The notes: generated by a model not told the origin, from the letters alone. A stretch of 31,415 bases of DNA from a virus (IMGVR_UViG_3300032225_000042:1-31415), one strand, 5' to 3'. Shown: positions 1-9,001, numbered from the stretch's first letter. Numbers and translations are program-made.

Positions 1-85
1 TGCGGTGGCAGGAGTAACTGAACCACTAAATACAATAAATACCCCATTTGAAATAGTTGCTGAAGCAGTAAATGGTAAGCCACCA
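1..85. repeat. Terminal direct repeat, left copy (circular assembly overlap)
   Basis: Bases 1-85 (tgcggtggca...aagccacca) are identical to 31331-31415 and fall mid-CDS. Confidence 0.97.
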
Positions 86-2316
86 ACTTTTAAAGCCCCT
101 GTTCCAGTTTGAGCCGTCCAAGTACATTCAAGAGTACAAAAAACTTTTCTACCAATTTTTATGTATGAGCCAGATTGCACCGTATAGGTTGTAGTTCCAG
201 CGGTGGTAGCACCAAATGCAGTAGGTGTCCAGCTTCCTTCTTCATAATCATCCAACGTATTAGCGTCTGATGATGCTGATTGAGTTGCGGGGAATGCAAG
301 ACCAATACCGCTTGACGCTGCTGCCGTTCCAAGACCTATGCCGTTGACGTTAAACACACCAATTTGTGTAGATGTTGTTATGTTTCTAAAATAAATATTG
401 GCATCGCCACTATTCATGTAGATACGAGTGTTGGTAGTTCCATTATTTAGGTTAAATTCTGGAGCAGTGTTTAGGGTTAATCCAGCCGTAGCACGAATTG
501 CACCAGTAACGTCTAACTTAACACCTGGTGACGAAGTGCCTATACCTAGATTGCCTGTGCCAGTTAGGCGCATAAACTCCGTACCGCCTTGATTAAAAAT
601 ATACGAACTAGGGACTGTGTTATCAAAATTGATACCGCCAGAAGTTGTATTATTATTTGTAATCTGCAATACTTTTGATGCTCCTTCTGAAGTAATACGA
701 TTGCTCACTGAATCTTCAATGAAACTAATGTATTGTGTTGCTACACCTGAGCGCGCAAAACGAACAGAACCCGCAACTTCAAGCGGTACTGCTGGTGACG
801 AAGTGCCTATACCCAACCCTGTTGAGGTGAGGCGCATACCTTCTGTAGTTCCAGAATATGCAAACGATAAATAACTACCGCCAATTTGTAATGGTTGAAA
901 AGAAACACCAAGTGTATTGTCAACACCTTGAATACTTGTTTGTGTTGCATCCGTTGCAACCCGCAACCCTTTAGTAGTTCCAGACAAACCAAATACATAA
1001 CCGCCATCGGCTTTATTTGCTTGAAGCGTTGCAACAGGCGCATTTGTCCCAATGCCTAATCTTGTGTTTGTTGAATCAAAACTTAATGCAACACCAGTAG
1101 CCAATGCACTTGTACTAGAAGCGTAAACCACACCGCCTGATGTGAATGATGAAAGTCCAGTGCCTCCTGATGTTGTGCCTATGGCAGTCGATGCTGTAAC
1201 AGTCGTAAACGCACCACTAGATGCAGTAGTAGCACCCACAGTACCATTGATATTGATAGAGGCTGTACCCGTTAAGTTTGTAACAGTACCGCTAGTAGGC
1301 GTACCCAATGCACCATTGAACAATACTGGCGCACCAGCAGAGCCTGTATTGACCGCTAGAGCAGTTGCTACACCAGTTCCTAGACCTGATACACCTGTGC
1401 TGATAGGAAGACCTGTAGCATTAGTCAAAGTTGCGCTAGTAGGTGTTCCAAGGATAGGTGTGACTAGGGTAGGAGACGTAGCAAATACTGCTGACCCTGT
1501 TCCTGTTTCGTCTGTCAAAGCACCTGCTAATTGAGATGAAGTGAACGAACCCAAAGAGGTAGCATTGCCAACAGAAGTAACTGCACCTGTTAAGTTAGCA
1601 TTAGTAGTGACGTTACCCGCAGTCAAACCTGAAGCAGTGCCTGTGATGTTTGTGCCTACCAAGGCTGATGGAGTGCCTAAAGCGGGAGTAACGAGAGTAG
1701 GGCTGGTAGCAAATACCAAAGAACCCGTACCTGTCTCATCAGTAACCGCAGAGATCAAGTTAGCAGATGATGGAGTACCCAAGAATGTAGCTACACCTGT
1801 ACCTAAACCACTCACACCCGTAGATATTGGCAGACCTGTGGCGTTTGTCAAAGTACCAGATGCGGGAGTTCCTAATGCGGGAGTCACCAATGTTGGCGAG
1901 TTTGACAACACTACTGAGCCTGTGCCTGTAGAGCTAGTTACACCCGTACCACCATTTGCTACCGCTAAAGTGCCAGTGATGTCGGCAGTAGAGAGAGTGA
2001 CCGCATCCCAAGTGGCATTTGTGCCATCAGTTTGGAGGTACTTGTTTGCGTTACCTGTCTGGGTAGGTAAGAGGTTATTTAGACCACCAGCCGCCGTAGA
2101 AGCACCCGTACCGCCATCAGCAACTGCTAAGTCTGTAATGCCTGTGATTGTTCCACCAGTAATTGCGGCAGCAGAGTTATCTGTCTTTGTCGCAACAGCA
2201 GTAGCAATGTTATTGAACTCAGTGTCAATCTCAGTACCACGGACGATCTTTAGTGGATCGCCTGGTGTGAGGTTGTCCTTAGTCGCAAAGTTGGTACTTT
2301 TTGTGTAGTTACTCAT
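1..2316 (-). CDS. Tail fibre / receptor-binding protein, 5' part (continues at 31330-31229; about 805 aa in total)
   Basis: ATG at 2316 overlaps the upstream stop (ATGA). Starts MSNYTKSTNFATKDNLTPGDPLKIVRGTEIDTEFNNIATAVATK. Has a Thr/Gly/Ala-rich repetitive shaft, GIGT repeats and a C-terminal ANTLDDYEEGSWTP...YIKIGRKV motif typical of phage fibres. Absent from the ORF track because it runs off the window. Confidence 0.88.
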   Translation of the reverse strand, partial: MSNYTKSTNFATKDNLTPGDPLKIVRGTEIDTEFNNIATAVATKTDNSAAAITGGTITGITDLAVADGGTGASTAAGGLNNLLPTQTGNANKYLQTDGTNATWDAVTLSTADITGTLAVANGGTGVTSSTGTGSVVLSNSPTLVTPALGTPASGTLTNATGLPISTGVSGLGTGVATFLGTPSSANLISAVTDETGTGSLVFATSPTLVTPALGTPSALVGTNITGTASGLTAGNVTTNANLTGAVTSVGNATSLGSFTSSQLAGALTDETGTGSAVFATSPTLVTPILGTPTSATLTNATGLPISTGVSGLGTGVATALAVNTGSAGAPVLFNGALGTPTSGTVTNLTGTASININGTVGATTASSGAFTTVTASTAIGTTSGGTGLSSFTSGGVVYASSTSALATGVALSFDSTNTRLGIGTNAPVATLQANKADGGYVFGLSGTTKGLRVATDATQTSIQGVDNTLGVSFQPLQIGGSYLSFAYSGTTEGMRLTSTGLGIGTSSPAVPLEVAGSVRFARSGVATQYISFIEDSVSNRITSEGASKVLQITNNNTTSGGINFDNTVPSSYIFNQGGTEFMRLTGTGNLGIGTSSPGVKLDVTGAIRATAGLTLNTAPEFNLNNGTTNTRIYMNSGDANIYFRNITTSTQIGVFNVNGIGLGTAAASSGIGLAFPATQSASSDANTLDDYEEGSWTPTAFGATTAGTTTYTVQSGSYIKIGRKVFCTLECTWTAQTGTGALKVGGLPFTASATISNGVFIVFSGSVTPATA
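1350..1900 (-). repeat. Degenerate protein-level repeats in the tail-fibre shaft
   Basis: SPTLVTP(A/I)LGTP occurs three times; TLTNATGLPISTGVSGLGTGVAT and TDETGTGS(L/A)VFAT each occur twice. Boundaries are approximate. Confidence 0.8.
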
Positions 2317-3857
2317 GATATTTTCCCGTTCTTAGATTGAATCTCAATCTTCTGAATTGACAGTTGAGTGCCGTTGATAGTGGTTTCGTAACCTGTTTGA
2401 ACAATCTTTCCTGCACCTGATGCACTGACATCAAGCGTCTTAATTAAGACTCCACCAGAGTATTCAGCCACGCCATATTCAGCTAGTCCGTACTCATAGT
2501 TCTTTTGAGTTGGGATATACGCATTGCCAGACAGATAGTTAGCAGCAAAGTCAAAGCCCCACTTGATCGTGACGTACTGGTTAGAGCCACCAATCACAAT
2601 GGTCTTGATTCGCTTTAAGACAGAGATTTGGTTCTGGTTTCCCAAGTCTGCATGGTTTGTGAAGTATGAGAAGCGATAGGTGGAAGTGTTATCCAAGTAG
2701 CTTGCATACTTACCGATATAGCCACTCTTGCCAATGTACAGATCACCATTTCTCAATGAGTATAGAGCTGTAGGCGCAATAGAGTCCCACTTGGTAATTC
2801 GTGCCGCACCATCAGGCAACTGCATCTTGGTGTCAAAGCAATAGACTTGACCTGTTACTGGGAATGTCAACAGATAAAAGGCATTCTTCTCTGAGTAAAC
2901 AGACTTCAGATTAGCAATGGTTTCTACTGCTAAAGAAGATACTAAGTCAGAGCGAACATTCTTAGAAAGATCACGCAATGGTGCAGACTTCTCTTGGATT
3001 GTCCTCATCAAAGAGCGAACACCTGAGTCAGACAAGAAAATAACGTCTGTACCGATAGACTGAATAGAGTCTCTGGCAATGCAACCAATTGAGCCAACTG
3101 TATCGCTCAACTGAATTGTTGCTGGAGTTGTTGCACCAGAGTAGACAAGAATCTGTCTCTTGCCAAAGATGAACAAGAAATCATTGTGAGCAGCCAAGCC
3201 CATGATCTCATCAGCACCATTAGGCCAGACCCTAGAGACATCGAGTGAGCCAGTAGTGCCACCACTCCAAACATGACCTGCAATCAGGTCTGAGAAGCTT
3301 ATAGTGACCTTATCAGTAGATGTATTGGCAACCCACAGACGACCAAATGCTGAGATAGCAATATTGGCAGATGGGACAGTTCCTGTGTAGCCTGACTTCT
3401 CAGAGACTCTGCGATAAGTGGTAGTGCTTACCGCTGGGTCAAAGATCAGAGGATCATGTCCTGCTTGGAAAAAGTAAGTGATGCCATTAAGAGAAGCACA
3501 ATGCCAATTATTTGCAGAGATGCTAGGAGCAGACCCACCCCCACCATAGCTCAACTCAGTCACAGCATTTGAACTATTGAGCTTGAATAATTTGAGATTT
3601 CCTGCGAATAGAACAGTCAAAGTGCCATCAGTTTGGACTAACTCATGGATGACAGTTACGTCATTTGTACCAAGAGTTCCAGATGAAGAATTGACTAGGG
3701 TATAACCCTTGCGTGAGCCGATGCGACCATACTGATCGATCACACAATTGGAAGCAACCAAAGCAAAGCCAGATGCCAAATCCAATGGCGAGTCTTGCGT
3801 GTTCAGGCCATAAAAGCCTGGTGCGCTAATGCTTTGACTTTGTAGTTGTGCAGACAT
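2313..3857 (-). CDS. Podovirus tail nozzle / DNA-stabilisation protein (P22 gp10 / T7 gp12-like), 514 aa
   Basis: Size, beta-rich sequence (GFYGLNT near the N-terminus, GCIARDSI), and position between adaptor and fibre. Confidence 0.72.
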   Translation of the reverse strand: MSAQLQSQSISAPGFYGLNTQDSPLDLASGFALVASNCVIDQYGRIGSRKGYTLVNSSSGTLGTNDVTVIHELVQTDGTLTVLFAGNLKLFKLNSSNAVTELSYGGGGSAPSISANNWHCASLNGITYFFQAGHDPLIFDPAVSTTTYRRVSEKSGYTGTVPSANIAISAFGRLWVANTSTDKVTISFSDLIAGHVWSGGTTGSLDVSRVWPNGADEIMGLAAHNDFLFIFGKRQILVYSGATTPATIQLSDTVGSIGCIARDSIQSIGTDVIFLSDSGVRSLMRTIQEKSAPLRDLSKNVRSDLVSSLAVETIANLKSVYSEKNAFYLLTFPVTGQVYCFDTKMQLPDGAARITKWDSIAPTALYSLRNGDLYIGKSGYIGKYASYLDNTSTYRFSYFTNHADLGNQNQISVLKRIKTIVIGGSNQYVTIKWGFDFAANYLSGNAYIPTQKNYEYGLAEYGVAEYSGGVLIKTLDVSASGAGKIVQTGYETTINGTQLSIQKIEIQSKNGKIS

Positions 3858-4501
3858 TAGATTGCCACAAAGTTATCTTCAATGTAACGAGTGCTTTCCA
3901 TCGCAATAGCGTCAGATAGCATCCCACGGAATAAAGCATAAGCCTCAGAACTTGCTGTACCACCATCTTCACCACGTTCAATCAAGGCACGAGCATAAGC
4001 ACTCTGTGCAACTAAATAGTCTAAAACCTTGACTGAAGTGCCATCAGAAGACAATGTAGCTTGAGGTACATTCAATTCAAATATGATTGTATAAACGCCA
4101 TCAGGAACTGGAAATAACTCTACTTTAGTATCTCCAGAACCATCTACACCACTAAAAGTGAATTCTGAAGGTATGGATGTTGCAGGAGTCTGAAAGTTTA
4201 ACTTTCGATTCATCTCAACAAAAGAAATATTTGTTAAACCAATGACGCTTGTTTTATTGATGGCATCATTTAATTGGAACTTTTGACCTGCACCAGTTAA
4301 TGAATATGAATGTGTATTAGCAGATGTAGTTATTGTAATTGTTGTAGATAAGACATTCCAATTATAAGCATCTTCAATTTGACGTTTAGCATCATTGACA
4401 AACTTGCCAACCAATGCGGAATAGTTTGTTTCCGTTACTGTAGAAACATTTGTCTCACGCAATCGAGTGAGAACATCATTGACAAGTTCTAAGTAGGTCA
4501 T
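3857..4501 (-). CDS. Head-tail adaptor / tail tubular protein A-like, 214 aa
   Basis: MTYLELVNDVLTRLRE N-terminus and LFPVPDG motif typical of podophage adaptors; position. Confidence 0.7.
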   Translation of the reverse strand: MTYLELVNDVLTRLRETNVSTVTETNYSALVGKFVNDAKRQIEDAYNWNVLSTTITITTSANTHSYSLTGAGQKFQLNDAINKTSVIGLTNISFVEMNRKLNFQTPATSIPSEFTFSGVDGSGDTKVELFPVPDGVYTIIFELNVPQATLSSDGTSVKVLDYLVAQSAYARALIERGEDGGTASSEAYALFRGMLSDAIAMESTRYIEDNFVAI

Positions 4502-4833
4502 GTTCTTTGCGCTCCTTGAACTTCAAAAGTGCCAACAACAGACATGGTTGAACCTGTTTCTGAAGTTGCAGTTATGTAATCACCTTCTTCCATCACAAAA
4601 TATTGTGTGTCTGAAAAAAGCGTTAATGTTGTTCTTGCTGATAAAACTTGTTCGCTAACAATTAAAGTTGATGTAGCAGTACTTGCGTCATACCAACTAA
4701 ATGAAATGTGTTTGCTTGGAGTTGTGTTACAAGTGTGAAGTAAGACGCACCTTGCATAGTATCCAGTAGGCACTGTATACAGCGTAGTAGCTGTATTAGC
4801 AGTTAAATTCTTACCGACAGAAACTGGTCTCAC
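4498..4833 (-). CDS. Hypothetical beta-rich virion-associated protein, 111 aa
   Basis: ORF coupled to both neighbours by 4-nt overlaps; TTLYTVP motif seen in small phage structural proteins. Confidence 0.65.
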   Translation of the reverse strand: MRPVSVGKNLTANTATTLYTVPTGYYARCVLLHTCNTTPSKHISFSWYDASTATSTLIVSEQVLSARTTLTLFSDTQYFVMEEGDYITATSETGSTMSVVGTFEVQGAQRT

Positions 4834-5123
4834 TTCATATTCCTCTTAGAGATCGCTTTAGCCTTAGCTTTAGCGTCTTCCTTGGACGTTGCGCCCCAAG
4901 CTCTAAGAGAAAGTAAAAGTCGGGTAGGCTTTCCATCTTTCATCTCAGCGCCAGACATATTGCCCATTCGTGCTAAAAAGGATGCCCTACGAGGGTTATC
5001 TCCCGACTTGACTGGTGGTTTTAAATTGCCACCTGTTTCTGCATTATACGATGCTCTACCTTTGGCATTCAAGCCCCCTTTGGGGTTTTTTCCTTCTTTT
5101 GTTTGCCAAACAGGAGATTTCAT
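4830..5123 (-). CDS. Small basic phage protein (DUF6321-like), 97 aa
   Basis: KGGLNAKGRASYN...RRASFLARM...SLRAWG pattern recalled from aquatic phages; coupled ORF. Confidence 0.7.
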   Translation of the reverse strand: MKSPVWQTKEGKNPKGGLNAKGRASYNAETGGNLKPPVKSGDNPRRASFLARMGNMSGAEMKDGKPTRLLLSLRAWGATSKEDAKAKAKAISKRNMK

Positions 5124-5266
5124 TTCTTCTTTGCGGTCTTAGCCGAAGCCTTAAATGCCGCCTCAGTAGGAGCACCTTTAGAACCAACCTTACGCATCTT
5201 TTCCTTAGAACCTGCTTTGATGCGTTCTTGCTTGGCATGAATGTTAGTGTAGAGACCTTGTTTCAT
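5120..5266 (-). CDS. Small basic protein, 48 aa (MKQGLYTNIHAKQERIKAGSKEKMRKVGSKGAPTEAAFKASAKTAKKK)
   Basis: Manually translated; ATGA overlaps at both ends; below the ORF-track cutoff. Confidence 0.78.
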   Translation of the reverse strand: MKQGLYTNIHAKQERIKAGSKEKMRKVGSKGAPTEAAFKASAKTAKKK

Positions 5267-5433
5267 TTCTTTTTCCTCATTGGCTTGTTCATGCCAGCTT
5301 CAGATAAAGCAATGGCAATAGCCTGTTTACGAGAAGTGACAGTTGGGCCTTTTTTAGAGCCAGTATGAAGCATACCAGTTTTGTATTCGTGCATAACTTT
5401 GCCAACTTTTTTGGCGGCTGAGGATTTCTTCAT
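5263..5433 (-). CDS. Small basic protein (DUF6496-like), 56 aa
   Basis: KVGKVMHEYKTGMLHTGSKKGPTVTSRKQAIAIALSEAG motif; ATGA overlaps at both ends. Confidence 0.78.
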   Translation of the reverse strand: MKKSSAAKKVGKVMHEYKTGMLHTGSKKGPTVTSRKQAIAIALSEAGMNKPMRKKK

Positions 5434-5582
5434 TTGCTTCTCCCAGATTTCTTCATCATGTTTGTAGCGGTACGACCACCACGCTCAGGCATTGGACGTA
5501 TCTTAGGCTTCCCAACAGCAATCATAATTGCCAAAGGCATAGTCTTTGGTTTCTTAGTCTCTTTAGGCTTTGTCATTTTCAT
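5430..5582 (-). CDS. Small Lys/Met-rich protein, 50 aa
   Basis: ATG at 5582 overlaps the upstream stop and is preferred over the ORF-track start at 5618. Confidence 0.65.
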   Translation of the reverse strand: MKMTKPKETKKPKTMPLAIMIAVGKPKIRPMPERGGRTATNMMKKSGRSK

Positions 5583-5986
5583 GGTTTTTCCTTCGTAATA
5601 GGCCCGCCAGCTTTCCACGCATCACAAGTACGGGCGGCAGCACAAGTGAATTGAAATAAGTCGCAATAGCCGAGATCAGCGGCTTTAATGAAATTTTGGT
5701 CATAAGATAATTCTCCTTCTCCTTCATCCTTTTCAAGACCGCCTTCAATACAGGCCATCATCTTAGGTGTTTGGATAAAGGCAGCGCAGTTACCACATCG
5801 CATACCTTTGATTTCTTCTGTAGGAGCGTTGTACATCTTGGCTTTCTTTAGCCAAAACGAATCATTAGACTCTTTAGGATTGGGTGGGCCATAGCCAAAC
5901 TTAGCAAAGGCATTGTTTCGGTTCTTCAGATTGACCAAAATATCTTGTGTTGCAATAGGGCAGACAACGCCAGTAAGTAGGTTCAT
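5579..5986 (-). CDS. Cys-rich protein with HiPIP-like cysteine pattern, 135 aa
   Basis: RCGNCAAF...GYCDLFQFTCAAARTCDAW; coupled ORF. Confidence 0.6.
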   Translation of the reverse strand: MNLLTGVVCPIATQDILVNLKNRNNAFAKFGYGPPNPKESNDSFWLKKAKMYNAPTEEIKGMRCGNCAAFIQTPKMMACIEGGLEKDEGEGELSYDQNFIKAADLGYCDLFQFTCAAARTCDAWKAGGPITKEKP

Positions 5987-6186
5987 TTCATTACCTTTGT
6001 AGCTACAAATGAAATAACACCACCTATTACAGAGGCAATTGCCATTCCAACAAAGAAGCCACCTTTAGACCTATTTGCCATCTCTAATAGGGCTTTGATG
6101 TCATCTCTCATAGCAGATACTTCAGCCTGTAAAGCCTCAACTTGAGCTTCCAATTTTCCAAATTCTCTTGGATCAATTTCCGACAT
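5983..6186 (-). CDS. Coiled-coil protein with C-terminal transmembrane helix, 67 aa
   Basis: MSEIDPREFGKLEAQVEALQAEV...KGGFFVGMAIASVIGGVISFV; GAGG RBS upstream of the ATG at 6186. Confidence 0.7.
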   Translation of the reverse strand: MSEIDPREFGKLEAQVEALQAEVSAMRDDIKALLEMANRSKGGFFVGMAIASVIGGVISFVATKVMK

Positions 6187-6343
6187 TTGAAACCTCTTTT
6201 TTTGGTCTACCCAATTTGGGTTTGTCTTCCTTTGGAGTTTCCTCAACAAGAACGTATCCTTGATGATCTTTCATGCTATCAATATCATGTTGATAGGTAA
6301 AAGTGACTTCAGTACCAGACTGTAAACATCTAAAAGTAGCCAT
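6173..6343 (-). CDS. Hypothetical protein, 56 aa (MATFRCLQSG...KLGRPKK...)
   Basis: Manually translated; GGAG RBS; fills the gap in the late operon; GRPKK AT-hook-like motif. Confidence 0.7.
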   Translation of the reverse strand: MATFRCLQSGTEVTFTYQHDIDSMKDHQGYVLVEETPKEDKPKLGRPKKEVSNVGN

Positions 6344-6352
6344 AAAAACTCC

Positions 6353-6380
6353 AAAAAAAGGGGGGTATTAGCCCCCTTTT
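6353..6380 (-). terminator. Rho-independent terminator
   Basis: Minus strand AAAAGGGGG-CTAATAC-CCCCCTTTTTTT directly after the stop at 6382. Confidence 0.85.
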
Positions 6381-6381
6381 A

Positions 6382-6705
6382 TCATACCAAACGAACTACA
6401 ACGCACCGAACTGTAGTGCTTGCTAAGTCCAAAGTACCGCCTGATTCGTTTTGGAAACGAATAGAGACAACATCTGATGCTGAAACATAAGGTGTAACGC
6501 TAATGCCAGAGACATCAACGCCCATACTTACATTCATCACAATATCGCCTAGCTTTACGCCAGGTACGGCAATGGTGTTTGTTTCACCTGCGCCATCAAC
6601 CAAAGATGATGCGTTAAGTGTTGCTACTACAGACCAAGTATCCGAAAAAAGACCTCGGAATTGGTCAGTTCCCCTACGGGAAACTACTGCTGTTGCTGCT
6701 GCCAT
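6382..6705 (-). CDS. Probable capsid decoration / minor head protein, 107 aa
   Basis: Follows the major capsid gene; AGGAG RBS before the ATG at 6705; beta-rich VPGVKLGDIV...VSIRFQN. Confidence 0.6.
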   Translation of the reverse strand: MAAATAVVSRRGTDQFRGLFSDTWSVVATLNASSLVDGAGETNTIAVPGVKLGDIVMNVSMGVDVSGISVTPYVSASDVVSIRFQNESGGTLDLASTTVRCVVVRLV

Positions 6706-6723
6706 AATAAATCTCCTTGATGT

Positions 6724-6754
6724 AAAAAATCCCCCCACCGATTAAGGCGAGGGG
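6724..6754 (-). terminator. Rho-independent terminator after major capsid gene
   Basis: Minus strand CCCCTCGCC-TTAATC-GGTGGGGGG followed by ATTTTTT. Confidence 0.75.
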
Positions 6755-6766
6755 AAAAGGCAACTA

Positions 6767-7729
6767 TTAGGCTGGAACTGCTAACGCATATGCGCTAGAA
6801 GACAAAGCTGCACCAGTTGTAGCGGCTGTACGCATGGCTTTTACGCCATACAGAGTGTCAGATGTAAACAGAGTAGCGAGGTACTCTTGTTTGTACTGAG
6901 TCTGTGAACGGACACCAACTTGCTCAACCAGAACCATAGAGTCCTTGTGACCCATCAAGCAGATACGATCTGTTTGAGTATTGCCATATCCAGTATCAGC
7001 ATTGCTAGATGTGAACACAGGAATACCATACAGATTACCGATTTCACCAGTACGGATGGCATTACCATTGCCCACAAAAGCCTGTTCTGTGTAACGGGAA
7101 AGACCCATCAACGTATTGCGGCTTGAAGGAGGAATGATAAAGAAACGACCATCCATAGGAGTGTCGTTATCGTCCAAACGCTGAATGGTTCTACGAATAG
7201 CGGCATCAGTCAAAGCAGAAGCATTTGAAGATGTGCTGTTGTAAGCAGTAGTACCATCACCGCCAATATAGGCTTTGGTGGATGTATTGCTTGTTGCGTA
7301 GTCGTTAGTACCGACAGTAGCACCATTGAATGCACGACCCAATTGGATCAAATCAGTGTCTACTTGCTTGGCAAGCGCATAGCCCGCATCAGCAGTGTAG
7401 AACTGGCGCAAGCTGTTCAAGGCTTGTGCTTCAACGATGTCCTCAATGAAACGTGAATATTCATAGTGCTTGTTAATCAAGACTTGAACTTCTGTCTCAG
7501 TATCGGCAATCAAAGTAACGGCAGTAGATGCCGCTTTAGCTGAAGCAGAACCACGAGTAGGGGCGGGAATGTGAATGGTGTCACCTTTCTTACCCTTAAA
7601 GTTCATCTTCATAACGATGTTAGCCAGAACAAGATTCTTCTTGTAGGCGGCTACGATTTCATCAGACCAGATTTCTGGAATGAACGTGTTTGCGGTGGTT
7701 ACTGTTACCGCTGGTGTTGGATATGCCAT
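6767..7729 (-). CDS. Major capsid protein (HK97 fold, P22-coat-like), 320 aa
   Basis: FIPEIWS, KGDTIHIP, IGNLYGIPVFTS and DTLYGVK motifs; AGGAG RBS; follows the scaffold gene. Confidence 0.9.
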   Translation of the reverse strand: MAYPTPAVTVTTANTFIPEIWSDEIVAAYKKNLVLANIVMKMNFKGKKGDTIHIPAPTRGSASAKAASTAVTLIADTETEVQVLINKHYEYSRFIEDIVEAQALNSLRQFYTADAGYALAKQVDTDLIQLGRAFNGATVGTNDYATSNTSTKAYIGGDGTTAYNSTSSNASALTDAAIRRTIQRLDDNDTPMDGRFFIIPPSSRNTLMGLSRYTEQAFVGNGNAIRTGEIGNLYGIPVFTSSNADTGYGNTQTDRICLMGHKDSMVLVEQVGVRSQTQYKQEYLATLFTSDTLYGVKAMRTAATTGAALSSSAYALAVPA

Positions 7730-7752
7730 GATTAAATCTCCTAAAACAAATT

Positions 7753-8493
7753 TTAACGAACCCGTTTCTCTGCATACGCTTGATAAATTTCATCAGCAAG
7801 CGAAGCATAACGATCTGGGTCTCTTAATTGAAGCTGAATAAGGTCAGCCCTTCTGTATATCTTTTTTGATGATTCACCAGAACCACCTACATCAACACCT
7901 ACTGCCTTTAAGTTCTGCTTGCGAGTTACCTCACCCTCATCACTTACTTGCTTACTTTTTACAGTGCGTAGCTGTTTATAGGTAGATAGCAATTCATTGG
8001 CTGAGTCGAAATCATATCCAGAATCGGCTTGCTCAAAAATTTTGATGCGAACAGGGCTAGACTTCACCCAATTTGCAAAATCCTGATCTCTGGCGATGTC
8101 TCCAAAGTCTGGATGTTCTTGCGCTAACCTTTGCTGAATTTGCGCCCTTTTCATCTCTTGCGTAACTTGTCGTGCCGCTAGGATGTCAGGGTGATTATCA
8201 ACAGTCCTTTGAACTGCTTTCTGTGGATTCTCAAAGAAATCTACTTCAGGCTCTTCCTGTCTAGTCTGTTGTCGTGAACCAAGGTTCTGTTTGATAAGTT
8301 CATCGGCTAACTTTCTGACCTCGCCTACTTCCTGTGCTTGCTTTCCAATGAGCTTTTCAGCCTCTTGGTGCATCCGCACAATCTCGTCTAAACTTTTATC
8401 CCTGTATTTCTCAGGAAGTTCAGCCTTTTGCTCGATCTTCTGCTCTTCGATCTCTAACTCACCCAACTCTTCTTTGTCATCATCAACTAACAT
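7753..8493 (-). CDS. Capsid scaffolding protein, 246 aa
   Basis: Acidic N-terminus, LPEKYRDKS...EAEKLIGKQAQEVGEVRK coiled coil, C-terminal EIYQAYAEKRVR; position between portal and capsid. Confidence 0.78.
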   Translation of the reverse strand: MLVDDDKEELGELEIEEQKIEQKAELPEKYRDKSLDEIVRMHQEAEKLIGKQAQEVGEVRKLADELIKQNLGSRQQTRQEEPEVDFFENPQKAVQRTVDNHPDILAARQVTQEMKRAQIQQRLAQEHPDFGDIARDQDFANWVKSSPVRIKIFEQADSGYDFDSANELLSTYKQLRTVKSKQVSDEGEVTRKQNLKAVGVDVGGSGESSKKIYRRADLIQLQLRDPDRYASLADEIYQAYAEKRVR

Positions 8494-8550
8494 ACTTTTT
8501 CCTTTTCCTGCCGTCAATCGGTTGTAGGAGATTCAACTCGGCATAATTGC

Positions 8551-8778
8551 TTATGAGTTGAGTTTCTGCTCGGACTTTAATCTATCTAAGTGACTTTTCT
8601 CGAACCTTCCATGCGATGATGGAAACGCTCCAGACCACCCTTCTAACTTAAAAGCTGGCGCAGATAAAATGCGATGAGTCTCCTCACCACAATCACATAC
8701 AAGACTTGTTAACTCATAATTAACAAATCTCTCTGTCTTATGCCCGTTTATACAGGCAAATTCATACATTCTTCTCAT
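8551..8778 (-). CDS. FmdB-like zinc-ribbon protein, 75 aa
   Basis: MYEFACINGH...CDCG...RILSAP pattern. Confidence 0.7.
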   Translation of the reverse strand: MRRMYEFACINGHKTERFVNYELTSLVCDCGEETHRILSAPAFKLEGWSGAFPSSHGRFEKSHLDRLKSEQKLNS

Positions 8779-9001
8779 TTAAGTCCTCAAATGCTCTTTC
8801 GCTGACTTGTTTCAAGTTTTTCAGCCAAATTAGTATTGAATACTCGCCTTTTCTGAATTGTAGACTTTTTTCATCTGCAATTGTTGAGATATTATTCAAA
8901 GGCTCTATCATTTTGTCAACATCTTCCATCAATTCTATCCATCCCTGAGTGGACATCATGGAAAATCGCTCTTCATAGTATTTCTGAAGTTCTGGATTCA
9001 T
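8762..9001 (-). CDS. Conserved hypothetical protein downstream of portal, 79 aa
   Basis: Coupled to the portal stop; TQGW...LQFRKG motif. Confidence 0.7.
   Translation of the reverse strand: MNPELQKYYEERFSMMSTQGWIELMEDVDKMIEPLNNISTIADEKSLQFRKGEYSILIWLKNLKQVSERAFEDLNEKNV

Noticed and set aside
617-2308. Long plus-strand ORFs (617-874, 1142-1534, 1541-2308) rich in Val/Pro/Ala
   Set aside because: Antisense shadows of the Thr/Gly-rich tail fibre on the minus strand; no RBS or independent protein features.
6706-6766. Read-through or frameshift extension of the major capsid protein into the next gene
   Set aside because: The capsid gene ends in tandem stops (TAA TAG) followed by a terminator, and the next gene has its own AGGAG RBS.
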